This document shows positions 13,601-28,100 of a DNA stretch of 64,000 nt, in pieces. The number at the start of each line of letters is the position of its first letter. Position 1 is the first letter of the stretch. Source of the DNA: Pocillopora damicornis (taxonomy: Eukaryota); assembly GCF_003704095.1 (NCBI RefSeq), contig NW_020843402.1:62001-126000 (forward strand). The letters run 5' to 3'. The translations under genes and the position numbers were made by a program. The notes under the pieces are model-generated. The model ran no database searches, was not told the origin of the DNA, and worked only from the letters and a program-made list of their open reading frames with translations.

Positions 13601-16600
13601 GTCATGTTCAGAGTAGAGATTACGGCAGAGTCAGAAACTAAGAAATGTAGTCGTTTGAAGCCTTTGTGAAGACAAACTCATTTCAAAACAAACAAGCTGT
13701 TTAGTGTCATATTATTCAAGACAATGTTATACTGATTTCATTTCCTTTGTTTTTCCGCCCTTAATAGTTGTGAAGAATTCTTGTGCCAGTAACTTTCTAA
13801 AGTGTGAACATGTCTGCCGTGAGTCAAGCAAGGGTAGAGCGAAATGTGAGTGCCAGTATGGCTATACCTTGCAAAATGACGGCGTGTCTTGTTCAGGTAA
13901 ATAAAATCAAGCCAGTCATTGCTTTGTCGCATCAGCGGGAATTATCATCACAATTAACTATAGAGTTTTCTTTACCTCTTGTGATTTTGTTTTTCCCCAA
14001 CTTTCCCAACAACCCAGCTTTGTTGTCAAGGTTCTTTATGGGATAGCAGTCATAAATCTCACACGACGATCACTTCACACCCTAACAAACAATCGAGTAC
14101 TAAATATTTATTTTCATTTCAGACGGAGCTTCTCGTTCTTCAAGCGGGACTAAAGCACCCTCTCCCGAGCTGGAAGTTGAAACCGGATGTGGGAATGGGC
14201 TTAAGTGTGATCATAGGTGTGTTGAATTTGGCGGTGTCCCTCAGTGCGCATGTCATAATGGTTACCAGCTGCATATGAATGGTTTTACCTGTGATGGTAA
14301 GTGGAATTGTACAGTAGTCAACGTTACTTGCCGAAAGTTAGCAACCTTCCACTAGAAGTGATTTACATGTAACTTCTCCCTACAATATCCATACACTATC
14401 CAACAAACAGGTAGTGAGATAACTCACACTTATCAGTTAGAGGTTGTTATCACGATATAACACTAAATTCTTGTAACTAAATTACAAAGAAATGTGTTAC
14501 AGCTAAATGGGAGAATTAACAATCAGATCTTGGGAGTTAAAGGGTTAAAGCCTTTCAATCAGAGAATGATTCCAATGTATGTGACCACATTAGTCTGTTA
14601 ACAGTGCTCCATCATTCTTGTTGGGTTTCAGATATTGACGAATGCCGGCATTCGCCATGTTCACAGCTGTGCAAAAATACCCCAGGCTCATTTTCCTGTT
14701 CGTGCCAGGCGGGTTTCAAGATTCAGTCAGATAAGGTTACCTGTGAAGGTAAATCAAGGAGTTCCCTCATCCTGTTTATCTTTACTATTGGAAAACAATG
14801 CAGAGACAAAATTCATGTTTATAAGGTAGCATAGTCGGCGTTTTATGGCCGTAGATGTAAATGATCTACTGAGTTGTCCATATCTGTTAACTTGTTCTCT
14901 CATCACTTTTAATAAAATTTTTTGCCAGAAGAAACATATAATTAAAATCGATATAGTCTAAGTGTTCAAGTTTTCCATTCTTTACATTTAGGACGAGAGA
15001 TGACTTTTGATTAGAGGTGCATTCTCGCTTAGCGGATAAATGGGTTACGTCATAGTCAGATACTCAAGCGAGCCGAGAACACAGAATGTTACTTAGCAGG
15101 CAAAGAACGAATGAAACTGGACATGAACGTAACTGTTGCGTGTGTTTATTTGCAGAAGAGAAGACTAAGTGTTCAATGAATGATATCGCTTGTATTCAGA
15201 GATGTACCGAGTTTGGAAACTGCTCCTGTCCACCAGGTACCGCCATGGGTCCAGATGGCCAAACATGTGTCGGTAAGTCAGGGACGCTGAGTGCACAATG
15301 GTTTGCAAGATTTAGCAGCCAAACATCTCTCAGATACTCATGCTAAGTTATAAGCGACAAGCTCGTGACTTTTGTTGCATGTAAAACGTACAATCTATGA
15401 TTATCAATTGTATGTAGCTATTTTCACTGATAGTTCATAGTCTTACTTTGTTGACCGAACAAGTCAACACACTCACAATGTAACTCACTAAAATAATTTC
15501 CGGTGATTTGGCGCATTTGTAGACATTTGTTGATGTTTCTACCAATTACCAGACAAGATATAGAGTGAACATCATTCAAATACTTTGCGTCGTACTCATG
15601 AGCTTTAGCGTCATATGGGCCAATTTGCAATTGATTTATTAGTAAAGTATGAAGAACTCTTTATCTATAAGAGAACCATCTTTCTTGATACACTATCTCT
15701 TGTTCTCAGATGCAGAGAACGTTTTATGATAACAAACACGTCTTATCTCATACTTCACATCGCCGAGAGCTTCCAAAACAATGTGTGAATCACCTTGAAT
15801 CGTTTACTTAACCAATATCTGAAACCTGGACCACTGAAAAAAAGACATAGTCTTCACGGATTTGTGAAAACTCGCCGTGTCTAAATCAAGAACCCATTTT
15901 CAGTCTAGCTGCCATATCGAGCTTTTTTCACTTAAATGGTCATGCAAATTTTTTTCCACTTTCACTGAGCAGATCATTTCCTTGTTGATTGTTGTGTATC
16001 TTTCTCCTTCAGAGGTAAATGAATGCAGCTTATTCAAAGGTGTTTGTCATCAGAACTGTATCAACACGCCCAGAGGGTACCGCTGCACATGTTCCAAGGG
16101 ATATGAATTGAATGTGAATGGAATTTCCTGTTCAGGTGAAAAAAGTTAGACAATTTAGTGTCTGGGAACATTTAAGAAACGTCACGATTGACGGCTGTGT
16201 TAAGATTTCTGCAATTTAGTGGTTTTAATTCCTCCGTGGATGCAATGGATTCTCAGCCTAGACTAAGACTGCAAGAAATTTGTGATAGAAGAATGAGGGT
16301 AAACATTACTCTTGGAAGTTTTATTGAGTATTCCATATTAATTCGTTGGTTTTTTTAGATATCGACGAATGCGCACGAGGTATCCATGGCTGCCACCACA
16401 ACTGTCGTAATGTTCCTGGATCTTACTTCTGCTCATGTAGCAAAGGATTCCAGCTCAGTGATGACCTGAAGTCATGTGTTGGTATGTGTCGTTCGAATAC
16501 CTTTGAATGCTTTTCTATTTTGAGAGACCTTTTTGAATCACATAATAAGCTGTCATCGTGTCTAAAAAGTGCTTTTGCTTTCGTTTCCTCTAAGTTGAAG

Positions 16601-17475
16601 AACATGTTCACATTTAGATAAACAACTTGGGCGTCTACCCTTTAATTCATAATTTTCTGTTCAGATTCTGAATGAATAAACGAATTTGTTTTTCTTAAAA
16701 CTTCTCTGGTTTTAGATATAAACGAGTGTGCATTGTACCCTGGGATATGCCCCCTTCCTTCGCGATGCCGCAATACCATTGGAAGCCACACTTGTGATTG
16801 TCCCAAGGGATTTGTTAATCACAGACACAAGATTTGTATCGGTAAGTAGATTGCAGTCGTTAAATGAGGTTTGATCAAAGTTAGGTTTCGTTTGAAATTG
16901 ATGTCACCGACAAACTTATTTCAGACGAGAACGAATGCGCAAACTCCAATGGCGGCTGTGACCAGGTGTGTCAGAACTACCCAGGAAGTTACCGATGCTC
17001 CTGCAAGTATGGGTTTATGTTACAGTCTGACAGGAAATCATGCAAAGGTACGCAGATCAGATGATAGCTTTTTATGTTCTAAATACAGTGAAACAGAAGT
17101 AAACCGGCAGATGTAAGTCTAACTAGAGATCACTCGAGTGTTGCTGGTAACAAGATGCTTTTTTTTTTTATTACTCTATATCGACTCAGTAGGTGGATGT
17201 TTTGCGAAAAATATTGAAAATCGAGAATTGTTCTAGAGAGGGTGCATGTTTAGGGGAAACCAAACAACAAAGAATTTTTCACCGAGAATGCTGACCTGCT
17301 TTTGAAGATATTGACTCAAATTAATTAGAATTTTTTCTTTTTGCTTATAGATATCGACGAATGTTCCAGATATTCGTTCCTTTGTCAGCATAAATGTGTT
17401 AACACGCCGGGAAGCTACAAATGTACCTGTCCACCTGGTCTGCGGCAACCTATAAACGGCTTTATGTGTATGTAG
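7657..17475 (+). CDS. Secreted protein, ~580 aa: signal peptide, uncharacterised lysozyme-like N-terminal domain, 9 EGF repeats (6 calcium-binding type), fibrillin/SCUBE-like repeat region
   Basis: Coding exons 7657-8242 (GC donor AG|GCGAGT), 13768-13896, 14123-14296, 14632-14748, 15156-15272, 16013-16135, 16359-16481, 16716-16841, 16925-17047, 17351-17475 (TAG). All introns are phase 1 and the total of 1743 nt is open. Hydrophobic N-terminus [24 protein letters not shown]. cbEGF starts DIDEC/EVNEC/DINEC/DENEC. Probable 5'UTR acceptor at 7504. Confidence 0.85.
12676..12860. mobile_element. Penelope-like element terminal fragment with inverted, degenerate minimal hammerhead-ribozyme motifs
   Basis: cgtttcgagcgttagcccttagtcag (12676-12701) and gacgaagggcgaacgctcgaaacgtcag (12709-12736) form an inverted pair resembling CUGANGA-stemII-GAAA-CGUC. 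The same terminus is attached to a GIY-YIG fragment at 59250-59345. Confidence 0.7.
13189..13323. mobile_element. Degenerate MITE with TATCCAGCGGATA-type internal palindromes
   Basis: gggtgcagttgtccaaag ... ccttccaacaaccggccggggccag termini; internal ctatccagcggataag and ggcggatagcg. Confidence 0.55.
14343..14547. mobile_element. TTAA-ended (piggyBac-like) MITE, left end degraded
   Basis: Right terminus GATCTTGGGAGTTAAAGGGTTAA; left AACCTTCCCACTAGAAGTGAT is a partial inverted match. Lies in an intron of the EGF gene. Confidence 0.55.
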
Positions 17476-18014
17476 AAATAACAGTGTTTCCTTTGTACTG
17501 TGAGTGAGATTCTCTGACAGCCTCACCACTCACGCACTTGGGCAAAGGTTATATTTCCTCATTAAAACACTGTTAAAGAACCCAAAGATTCTGTTGGAGT
17601 AAAAACATCCAATTTTCAAGATAATGCTTTCGTCTTCAGAAGAATAGAACAGTAATTGAGTCAGAATTGTTTCAATGTAAATTCAAGCTTAGTGCAGTAG
17701 GTAAGACCATAAAAGAGGATCAAAATATTTATTTCAACCTATCGAGGACTGCTGCTTGACAAAACGGCGAGAGGCTGTATCATGTCAACCTTTGAGAGTG
17801 GATTTGACTTCGGTGGACAAACGATGGTTACCAAGGTCCCGTGTTCAATTCATCAAACCTTGTCGGAAGTCAAGGATATTTTGACAACCTTTTTTGATAG
17901 AGGGTACATGAGGAATGTAAATATGGAAAGTGTTTTGTCGTATTTAATTTACCTTGATAGGGTGGCGAGTTTTAAGAATTGTCTCTGTTTTAAATCTAAC
18001 ATGCATATTTGAGT

Positions 18015-18242
18015 AAATTTCAACTAAGTGTTCAATCCCGGATTGTTGTATGATTGGCCTAAAAAACTCGCGCCACTCTTTCAACCAATCAAATTAAAAA
18101 CTAAACCAACCGCGACTTTCCCGAGCTTCAGACTTTTTATTATTATTTTTTTAACCTTTGAGATTCTAGTAATACTTACCTTTTTCCTGAATGGCTGTTG
18201 CGCCTACTTTGCTTTTGGTTTTATGACACTCAATCGAAAATT
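18015..18242. repeat. Degenerate interspersed repeat (GATTGG/CCAATCA-rich, ends GACACTCAATCGAAAA)
   Basis: Resembles a widespread cnidarian non-autonomous repeat, recognised from memory only. Confidence 0.4.
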
Positions 18243-19182
18243 TTACTTATGTCACAGATAGTGCGAAAAATCCAAGCTCATTTCCTAGCATCTTTGGCAA
18301 TTTTCATGTAGCACCATTACAGCCAAGATTAGTGACGAGCTTAGAGGAACAGTTATTCGTCAGTAATTAACACAAGTTTTGGACAAATAACCTGTCCAAA
18401 TTACCATCCAACTTGTTTTAAAACGTCACGACAGGCCAGAGGACGCAACAAAGACATAAGATAGTTGTGTAACTTCAGTACATGAGTAAAACTTTTTTGT
18501 TTCCTTTGGGTAAGAAGCAAATTTTGTTTAATATCTATACCTTTGTGACTTAAAATAACAAATTTGGTTTTTCTTGAAAGGAACCAAATTAGCCTTTGAC
18601 CAAAGGAACTGAGATACTTCATTGTATACTCCATACTTAGATTTAACGAAAGATCAGATGTTATTTGTAAGAATGGCAAAACAATTGGCCCCATAAGATA
18701 ATTTTACCCTCGATTACAACTTTGAGAGAGGGAAATAATCACAAACACCCTTGCCAATTACGGAACATCCAAATGTTCTTGTAACGTCCCTGCAAGTCTC
18801 GCGGGAAGGAGGAATAGCACTTATCTGACAGTTTAAATTGTACATAAATTTAAATATGAATAAATGATGCTTGCAATTTATAGGATTTCACGTTGAGCGT
18901 AGCGAGATATTAAATGTTCAATTGCAATTTGTTTAACAATCATTTTTTTTGAATGTGCTTTACTGATCCACTAAAACATCGCTCATCCACACTACTTTAG
19001 TCTAATAAAATCAGTAAAAAAGATGCGCAACTTTACAGAAATCCCGATATTTTGTTGTCAAAGAGGCGTTTTCAAGCCCTTGCCGTTGTTGTGTGGAGTC
19101 GCTTGTGGTCTCCTCAGTTCCTTCACACTTCACTTTCTATATCTGTATCCTCACTATTGTCCCATCTTTCTACAGCAATCAG

Positions 19183-22100
19183 TCAGTCGAACTTAGTCTT
19201 CTTGGAGACAGGTTCTTTCATGTCCTCTGCACTGCTGCCCTGTCAAAGAAACACATACACGACTTAAGAAATGAGGAGGAGAAAAATTATTTTGTCGTTC
19301 AAAGACTAGAGCGAGGAAAGAGAGTGTTTAAGTCGTTATAATGGATGAATCGTGATTGGGAGAAGATGAGAAAACATTTGAGTAGTTTTCAGTCGATGAA
19401 AACTTCTCATATCATGTTCTGAGCTTTTTTCGCGTCCCGGCATATAAATTGTGAAATTTGTTTGTTTGCTCTTTTCTTTCAAAGTCTTTAGAATTACCTT
19501 TTTAGAGACGAGGCTGAAAGATAAAAATTTATTTTCTGTTGAGGACTTGTCAACATTAATCTTGACAGCCACTCGGTCAAAGCTTCGGTAGGTGACGTCA
19601 CCATCTGTAAGGGATGGCTCCTTGATTAACAAAAAAAGAAAATAAATGGTATTTCTTGACATCATTCTTGATATTATGTATTACAGTTGCCAAGGTAAAC
19701 TAAGCGTCGGAGAATGGATCATGTGATTTCATCAGGGAATGTCAAGAACACTTACATTCGCTGCGTTTTCTGACACCAAGATTTAACCCGAAAAGATTCA
19801 CACCACATGTCCCCTACAAACCTCCGATGATAAGCGTCATTATTCCTTCGATTTTCTCAAACACCAACGCTCACTCATGAACCTCTTCTCTGCCAAATCG
19901 AAGCTGACTATGTATTGAAAAAAAGTTTGAGAGAAAAACACCTGTTCGTTGTAGGTAAATCCTGATACATCTTGTTTGTTCATGAACACGGTTCCTTCAA
20001 GGCCATACTTGGGGATCAGAATTTGAAGCGCATTCTTACGAACAAACAGCACAAACGCTTCTTCTTCTTCTATAGCCTTTCCTTGGAAAAACAGCTGAGA
20101 AAAGAACATTCCATGAAATAAGCCAAACAGTCTGAGTGCAAAAAAAACAACAAACAAACACTACAAACTCTTTGTGAAGTCTTAAAAACTATGACAAAAG
20201 AATGATATTAAAAACCACACTACCTGGCAATGCAGGTCAATGGAGTCCCGTGAAGCATACTGGGCCATTTTGTGACGGAAGTTCAGATGATTGCACAATT
20301 TCTGAAAGTAAAGAGAAAAGTAAGACGTTAATGACAGTAACGACAGAGATATATTCGTTATAAGATAACTCACTAATTTTGACAGCGAGAGAATGGAGCC
20401 TAGTGGTAAGCTACGAACTGGTTATACCTCAGGTCATACCCACCTGTGTTTTGTCTTTGCTGAGGAGGTCTGGATACGAATCTAAAGCTCCAATTGCAAC
20501 AGCTAGGAGTCTATGTACCAAGATGTCAGAATATCTACAGGTAGGAAAAATTTTAGGTTAATGAAATGTACAGTAATCAAATGGTAAATAAGTAGTAAAT
20601 TAATGGTACATTGGAGCAGTACATACCTCCTGATTGGTGACGTGAAATGTGTATAAATTGGAGTTGCCAAACCGTAATGTTGAAATTCCTCTTCAGGGAG
20701 CATGCCTGAACAGAAGTAAACCGCTTGCATCATGCATCGCGTCGCCATAATTCGAAGCAGAGTGTTAAAATAGGGCTCATCTGGGATATTAGCAGCATTC
20801 AACGAAACAGCGAGAGACTTGGCACTATCCACTTCAAGTTGGACTCCCTATTTAGATACGCAAGTGACGTGTGAGAACAGTGTTGCACAGCAGAGGGGAT
20901 TGAAGGGGGGGGGGGGTAAAATTAACAAATAAATTTCATATTACCGTGTGACCCTCCACTGATCGCGAACAATCGAGGTTCGTTTTAATGTCACGATTTC
21001 CCTATCACTTTACAACATGGGTTAGAATCTTCTATTATTCGGCCGATTCTGACCCGGAATCCAGTTAAGCCTGCGCCACCACGTCTCACCCATGATTTTT
21101 TCATTTCGTCATTACTGGCAATGTTTTGTTTTGTTTTTCTTCTTCTATCATTGCAGGTTTTGACGTAATAAATACAACATTACGTTCAACAATGGCGTTG
21201 TAACAAAATTAAAGGTAAGAGGCGGGTAATCAAAATTGGTTTTGATTTCGGAATAACAAGTAACATTCCCCGTGCATGACATCAATTCCAAACAATAATA
21301 TGGAAATCCCCCTCCCCCCAGGTAAAATGGCTCACCTTGGAGCTCGCAGCCTTCACCAACACATCATAGTTTGCAGCAGGTGGCGAAGGATGTCTCCGTA
21401 AAACGGCAAACTCTGGGAAATTTTGAAAAATTTTCTTGGCGACTGAAATGTTGGCTAACAACATAAATTCTTCCACGAGGGAATTCGTCTCCCTGAAAGA
21501 ACATTAACAAAAGTTAGAGTGGATAATCCTTAAATCGATCACTCAAGGAATCAAAATTAACAGCAACAGCTTGACAATGATAAATAGCTAGCTTACTTGA
21601 GTTCCTTTGTTTGAAGATCTACTGGGTCATGTGTCTCACTGTCTATGTGAAAACGAACTTCTGGAGACGCAAGAGTTAAAGCACTGAAATAAAAAGTAAG
21701 TCAGTGAATGAGTTAAGAAGATAAAAAAAGGAACTGATAAAACGTAATTGTGCAAAGTGTCTGGGTAAGAGAAGAATTCACGTCTTTTCTGGTCTGTATT
21801 GGAGTTCAGATCAAGGTTTGCGGGAACTACTGTTCCCTCAAATACAAGTTTTCTTACCCCTGTTCGACTCTCTTTTGTTTTAGAATCTTTGCCAGTTTGT
21901 TGAGATGTCTTAGGCTCAGAGTTATTTCATCTGTTTGGGTCGGATCATCAATTCGCATCTGAGCCTCGGCATACGTGAAGGAAGTCTGAAAGTTTAAAGA
22001 CAGGATAAATAGTCTTAATTGCAGATAGCCTCAAGTTTACGACGCTGTTTGCTATCAAAACCTACATGTACTCACTCTAGAACAGATAATGCTTTTTTTG

Positions 22101-25100
22101 AACTTCGTGGAGACAATTTCAGCTTGTGGTGTCATTTCCCATATAGATGAAAACGCCAGCCTAAAGTGAGGAATATGCCAAGCCAGTTACATTGCATTAG
22201 ATATGTACCGTGCAAAAAAATGTGTATATAAGCCTTACTAACCTGTCCACATTAGATCTCAGTGAACACAAGTCTGAACTCAGGAGTGCTGGTACCATGT
22301 CAATACGCTGTGTGATAAACATTAAAACAAGTCAATACCAACAATTACGCAAGATTTCAACTCCCAGATAGTAACTTTAGGGATGGAATTTATAGTCTCA
22401 ATTCAAAGATTATCCCGCAAAAGTTTCTTAAGACTTCTATAAGACCCATTTGCACCAATGGTCAGAAGGAGAGAGCTCCTCCGAGAGTAAGGTAGACAGT
22501 TTAAAAAAATATCTATATGAATACATAAGGCAGAAACGAGCTCCATGCTAAACACGCCCACTGGACTGACTTGCGCGTTCCGTCCCTTTATTGTGCTCCA
22601 AAGCTGAAATTTGGAATGAAACAAATAGCGTCTTGAAAATTCCTTTTGCCGCCTAAGAGTGGTGTCTTATTAGTGTCACGAAATCTTTTTAAGTGCCTGC
22701 ATCACATAAATTATGCAGCTGTAAATCACCTTATCTGTGAGATAGACTGTAGTTCCTCTATTAGCTGCCTCAGCATCCAGAGCTGTACCTGGTCTGATAA
22801 AGTGCGTGACATCTGCTATATGTACACCAACCTGATGAATAATAATAAAGACAGTCGGACTGACCATGATCATGCAACAAGATAATTCAAGGTTGGTGAG
22901 GGGATAATTTCAACGCTGAACTTTTCTCGAAGTATTTGAAGTTAAAAATAGTCAAACAGATATTCTAAACATTATACACGTAGTTGAGAATAACGAGAAT
23001 AACATACCAACCCTGTTAATAATCGTCTTTTTTCGCGTACCTCGTAGTTTCCGTTTGGCAGCAATCTCCAGTGCAATGCGTCATCTATGTCTGTGCACCC
23101 CGGAGGATCAATGCTACACACAGCTAGGAGCCTCAAGTCCAAACGACTCTTTACATCCTGCAATGACCGGCACACAAAAATAAACATTTTCCGGCTGAAG
23201 ATAAAACATATTTTCCTAGTACTTTCTTCCCCAGGATACTTCATGCTCATCTTATATGGTACAGATATTAAATTTCACGAAAACGTGCTAATACATCGCA
23301 AGAATCAACTGAGCAACTTCATTCACACTTTACTGTCCCTAAGGCAAGATATGGCCGGAATTTAAGAGTACGCGCATATACGTATTTACTTATTCACTAT
23401 TTCATACCTCGTCTGTGATTGACCAGGGCATGGCGGGAAGATCTTTCAGTACCGCTGCTGAAAAGGGCAAGTGGGGAACATCTCTCTCCAATAACAGAAC
23501 CTCATTTTCTGTTTCTTTGTCACCAATGGTACCAAGTTTTCGGACAAAATGTCCCTTCATTCCACAATAATGAAAAAGAAGAATCATAATAGACTTATTA
23601 GGACACTGGATTTTGCGATGTCACTCGGAAAATTGCTAATCCTTATCGCTGTCCTTTCTGTACCCCTCTAAAGAAGTTGGTTACTCCAATATTATTAGTT
23701 TTGATTCCCCAGCAAACGAATGGTGAAAATTTGTAATTAAAGGTTGGAAGAGGAACCTATAGACGAAACAAAAATCGCGAAATAGGTTAAAATATCATGA
23801 ATAAGGAATCCAAGAAATAGAGAGTCAACGTACAGCCTTCAATCCACACTGATACGCTGTTGGCAATGTCTACCTCACAAAACTACTTGTCCATGCTACA
23901 TAGAAAAGTGTAAACGCAATATTGCTCACCACAGGGTATTTTGAATGCTGAGGCCACGAATCAATGCTAACCACAATCCTTTGCCCCTCAAGTGATGATG
24001 CCTGGCGTGTTTCTATGACAACTCTGGGGATTCTTCTCTCTGCTGCCACAAACAAGTGTCTTGTGCTCTTTGAAATGACAAGGAGGGCAATGATCATAAT
24101 CACATTCAGTGTGGTGCCATTGTTCTACTCCATTGTAAAATAGTCTAAACTGACCACAGTCAAAATTTCTGTTTTCTCCTTACATGTAGAACGTGTTCTA
24201 CTTTATTCTTCACTATTAGTTTCCTTTATTACAATTCACAACATATCCTGTAATATCTGCTGATACAATTCATGAAGAAGATACCTATAATGAGGAGTGA
24301 TATATGAAATTTTTCTCATTAACATTTAAAATGTAATTTGGAAGATTACATTAAAGAAAGATAGGGATTTTATCTTTACTTGAGACTTAGCAGACTTGGA
24401 CAGCACTCCACAGTATGGCCGCCAGTTTCTTTTAATAACACCAACAACCTGTGATGATAAAAAAGATAAAAATTGATCTGCAAACCATATCCAGCTCAAT
24501 AGCTTTGACCTACAAAAAGGAGCTATATTTAAGGAAAAAGTTAATTTGTTTTTACTAAAAGTGTGGAACAAAGAAACATCTTGAGTCACACACGAGGAAT
24601 TAGATCTCAGACCTACAAATTTCTCATGACAGTGCTATATCACCAAGTTACAGTGGTGAGGTAGGCCATTACAAGGTTCATATGTGACACTTGAGGCATT
24701 GTGCATACTGCTATGATATGCAATTTTGCAAGCAACATGTATATGTGTAAATAGAGTTAAGAAATGGCAACCTGTTTAGCTCAAAGGTAGAATAAAGAAT
24801 AATATCATCAATTAATGGAACAGGAGAAAGCCTTGTTGTCTTACCCTTGCCATCAAAATATTTATTGTTGTAGAACATCACTCAGACTACTTCTTTTTAA
24901 GCCTGCCTAACAAAAATTGTTTGAAAATTCTTTCATAACCAAGCTCATATTTTACCATCTCTCTTACTATGTTGTAAACATAATTTACATACCTTTCCTG
25001 ACAACACTTTTTTTGTTCCAAGTTCTTTCTTTGATTCAATCTAAAAAGAAAGAAACACTTGATGTATTTTCAATATGTCAGCTTGATAGCTCGTAGTGTT

Positions 25101-28100
25101 ACACCATCAGCCCAATGAGGAGGAAAGGTAAAGTAAGTTGATACCAAGATACACTCTCACAATAAAGACTGCAATGTGTGACAATGAACTGCAACTTTTA
25201 CTTATCAGCATGCTTATGTGCACAATGTTGGAAATTGTGCATACCCTATGTTTAGAAAATTGATAGAGATTTTCAAGCTCAACAAATGATGACATCTATA
25301 CTTCTAGAAGTAGACTGAGCATGAGTATTCTTGAGTCTCTTGATTCAAGCAATAGGCATGAGGAATTTGTTGTTTTTGAAGAATCTTCATTCTCTTAATT
25401 TTGAACTAGTGGGATATACTCTCCTATCCTGTAAATTAATTAAGTTGCCATTTGTTTGCACTTAAATGTCAAAAAATAGTAAACACGTGTACCATTTTAT
25501 CACTGTTGCTTTCTTCATTGTCATCATCTGAGTCATGTTCAGCTGGTGATGCTGCTGTTACTAATGATGATGGACAAGTCCATTCTTTCTTTGAAAGAAT
25601 CTCCACAGCAACAATGTCTTCATGTACTGCTCGGTTGAGATTTACAAGTCCTTGAATAAATATCTGTCCACAGGAAAAACAAATTCATTGCTAGGTTAAG
25701 TGTGATTTCTGACAAGTACTTGTACTGTACAATATCATTTTTAATGACCCCCTATGTTAAGTTCAGAATGTGAACTCTTCATTAATTAAATTTGTGCCGA
25801 TAACACAATTATTACTACTCTAGAGGAAGAGAAATTATTTATTTGTTACACAGTCAAGTATGATATGTACATGTCAAATGTTTGCATGTTAAGTCACATC
25901 ATTACTTATTATACAAATTTATACCTGCTTGTCTCCATCATGGACAAATACATAAGCCTCAGTGAAGTTTTCTCTGTGGATTTGAAGTTAAAAAGTTAAC
26001 AATAACACAAGAAGCTTTGAAAAGTTTAAAACTACAGAATTTGTTTCAAAAATCAACTCTTTTTGTTGCATAGGGTGAATTATTGCTTGGAACATATCAT
26101 GTCATAAAGGATTGTCTAGATGATTTTTGTAACCGAAAAACTCTTTGTTTCATGGGAGAAATATTTCCTCCTTTTATGCCCTTTCTCATTGTAAAGGACC
26201 CCTTGTCATATTGAATCTATTGTGAGAATTTTACTCAGAAAATTGCTAAGTATGCAAAAAAAGGTAGAACAGACTTTTGGATTGTACAAATGGGAGGGGT
26301 GCAAAAACACTTAGCTGAATAAAAGTTGTAGCAATTATCATTAAAGCATGAATTTTCTTCAATATTCTACAAAAAAAATTTATCAAACTACAGAAAAGGC
26401 AAGTATAAATGTCATCCAACAGAATACAAATATCTGACAAGTAACAATAAACATTCAGACTGCGCTTACCTGCTCCTATGAAAAGCACCCTTGAATATAA
26501 AGAAGAAGGAAGGAAAGAAGAAAACTTTAGAGTATTCAACAAAGTTTTACTATCATTTTGAACACATTCTAAGGACAATAGTACAATAACTGAGACTAGT
26601 AATCACCTGTACATACTTGCCACTTTTTAGGCCAGCCTGTATTTTAGCCATAGGTAGATGTTCTGGGTAAACCCACTTCCTGCTTGTCTTGTCATCTATC
26701 TACAGAGGAATTTCATTTCAACAATACAAATAAAAGAAACAACTTTGACTTTCAAGTATATTTCATGACCAAATGTCGTAACATAGTAAATACCACTCTC
26801 AGTTGGACATTCAAATATGATGAAGCACTGAAAAATTCAAAGTTATAAACATGCAGATGACTGTTGTACCTCATCACGCTGTGTGTTACAGGAGAGTGCC
26901 AATCGGTCAGCTAAACCTTCATTCCCTTCTAGACTTTCAACATACTCTTGAGCTGTGAATACCAATACACAATTAGATTCCAAAAATTGTCATGAACATG
27001 CTGACCAATGTACAACTATTATATTGGTCATTAGTAATTAAATACTTGATGATTTAGATATTAAAAGGTTCCAACAAGGAAAAAAGCATCTTTGGTGAGT
27101 GAGGGAAAAAGTTCCCAGAGTAATAAGAGGAAAATGTTGATTATACCTGTAAAACAAATGATTCCCTCATTCTTTGCCTTTTCTTTGTTTGCTCTGTCAT
27201 TTGTGAGAAGAACAACCTTAATTCTTAGATCTTCATTATTTCCTCCTTCACATTCCTTTAAATGCTCATCATACCAGCTGAAAGAAATCAGCAAAATGAA
27301 ATCTGAAAATAATGTGTATTAAATATTCCACCTAGTAGGCTACTCTCCGAAAAAAAGGAAATTAAAAACAAAACCTAGGCTTTACCTGGTTTTCCACTAT
27401 GCCAGTTGACAATGAAATTCAATAAGGAGATTGGTAGTTAATAGTGACATTACCAAAGACATGAAATGATGACAAAAGCAGAATGCTTTTTATTTCAAAA
27501 CAATTTGAAGCTCTGTGAGTTTTCTAAAAAAGGTTTAGAAAAATAACCAAGCTTTAAATATCACACACGAACATTGCAATTTACTTCTAACTACAAAACT
27601 TAGAGGTAATTTAGATGTCATTTCCTGTTGGATCTGACCAATACCTTGCTGCCACTCTTATTGCTCGGTCATTTCTGTCATTTGGAGATTCTTCCTTTCT
27701 TCTCTCAACATATGTTTCTCTTAAGAGCCAAAACAAGAATTACAAGTTATGAAATGCACAATTATTCTGAAGGTAAATCCTAGCTTTGATAGGATAACAA
27801 TTTTTTTGCTATCATGCAAAGAATGATCCGTAGGGTTCCAAATAGATGCACACTTACCTATGGTGCTCATTTGAAAAAACGAAAAATTTTCTTTGTTTAC
27901 TGGATATCAATTCCCTGATTCTCTTGTAAACTGAGGCATTGAGATGCTGCACCTGAAAGTGATTGGAGATACTTGTCTTAACAAGAGTTGATCTGAATAT
28001 GGCAAAAGAGTAATAAAGAATTATGGAATGTGATCCATGAAAAACATGAAAATGATCATGACTTAAATCAAACAAATTAAAGGATTAATGACAACGATTT

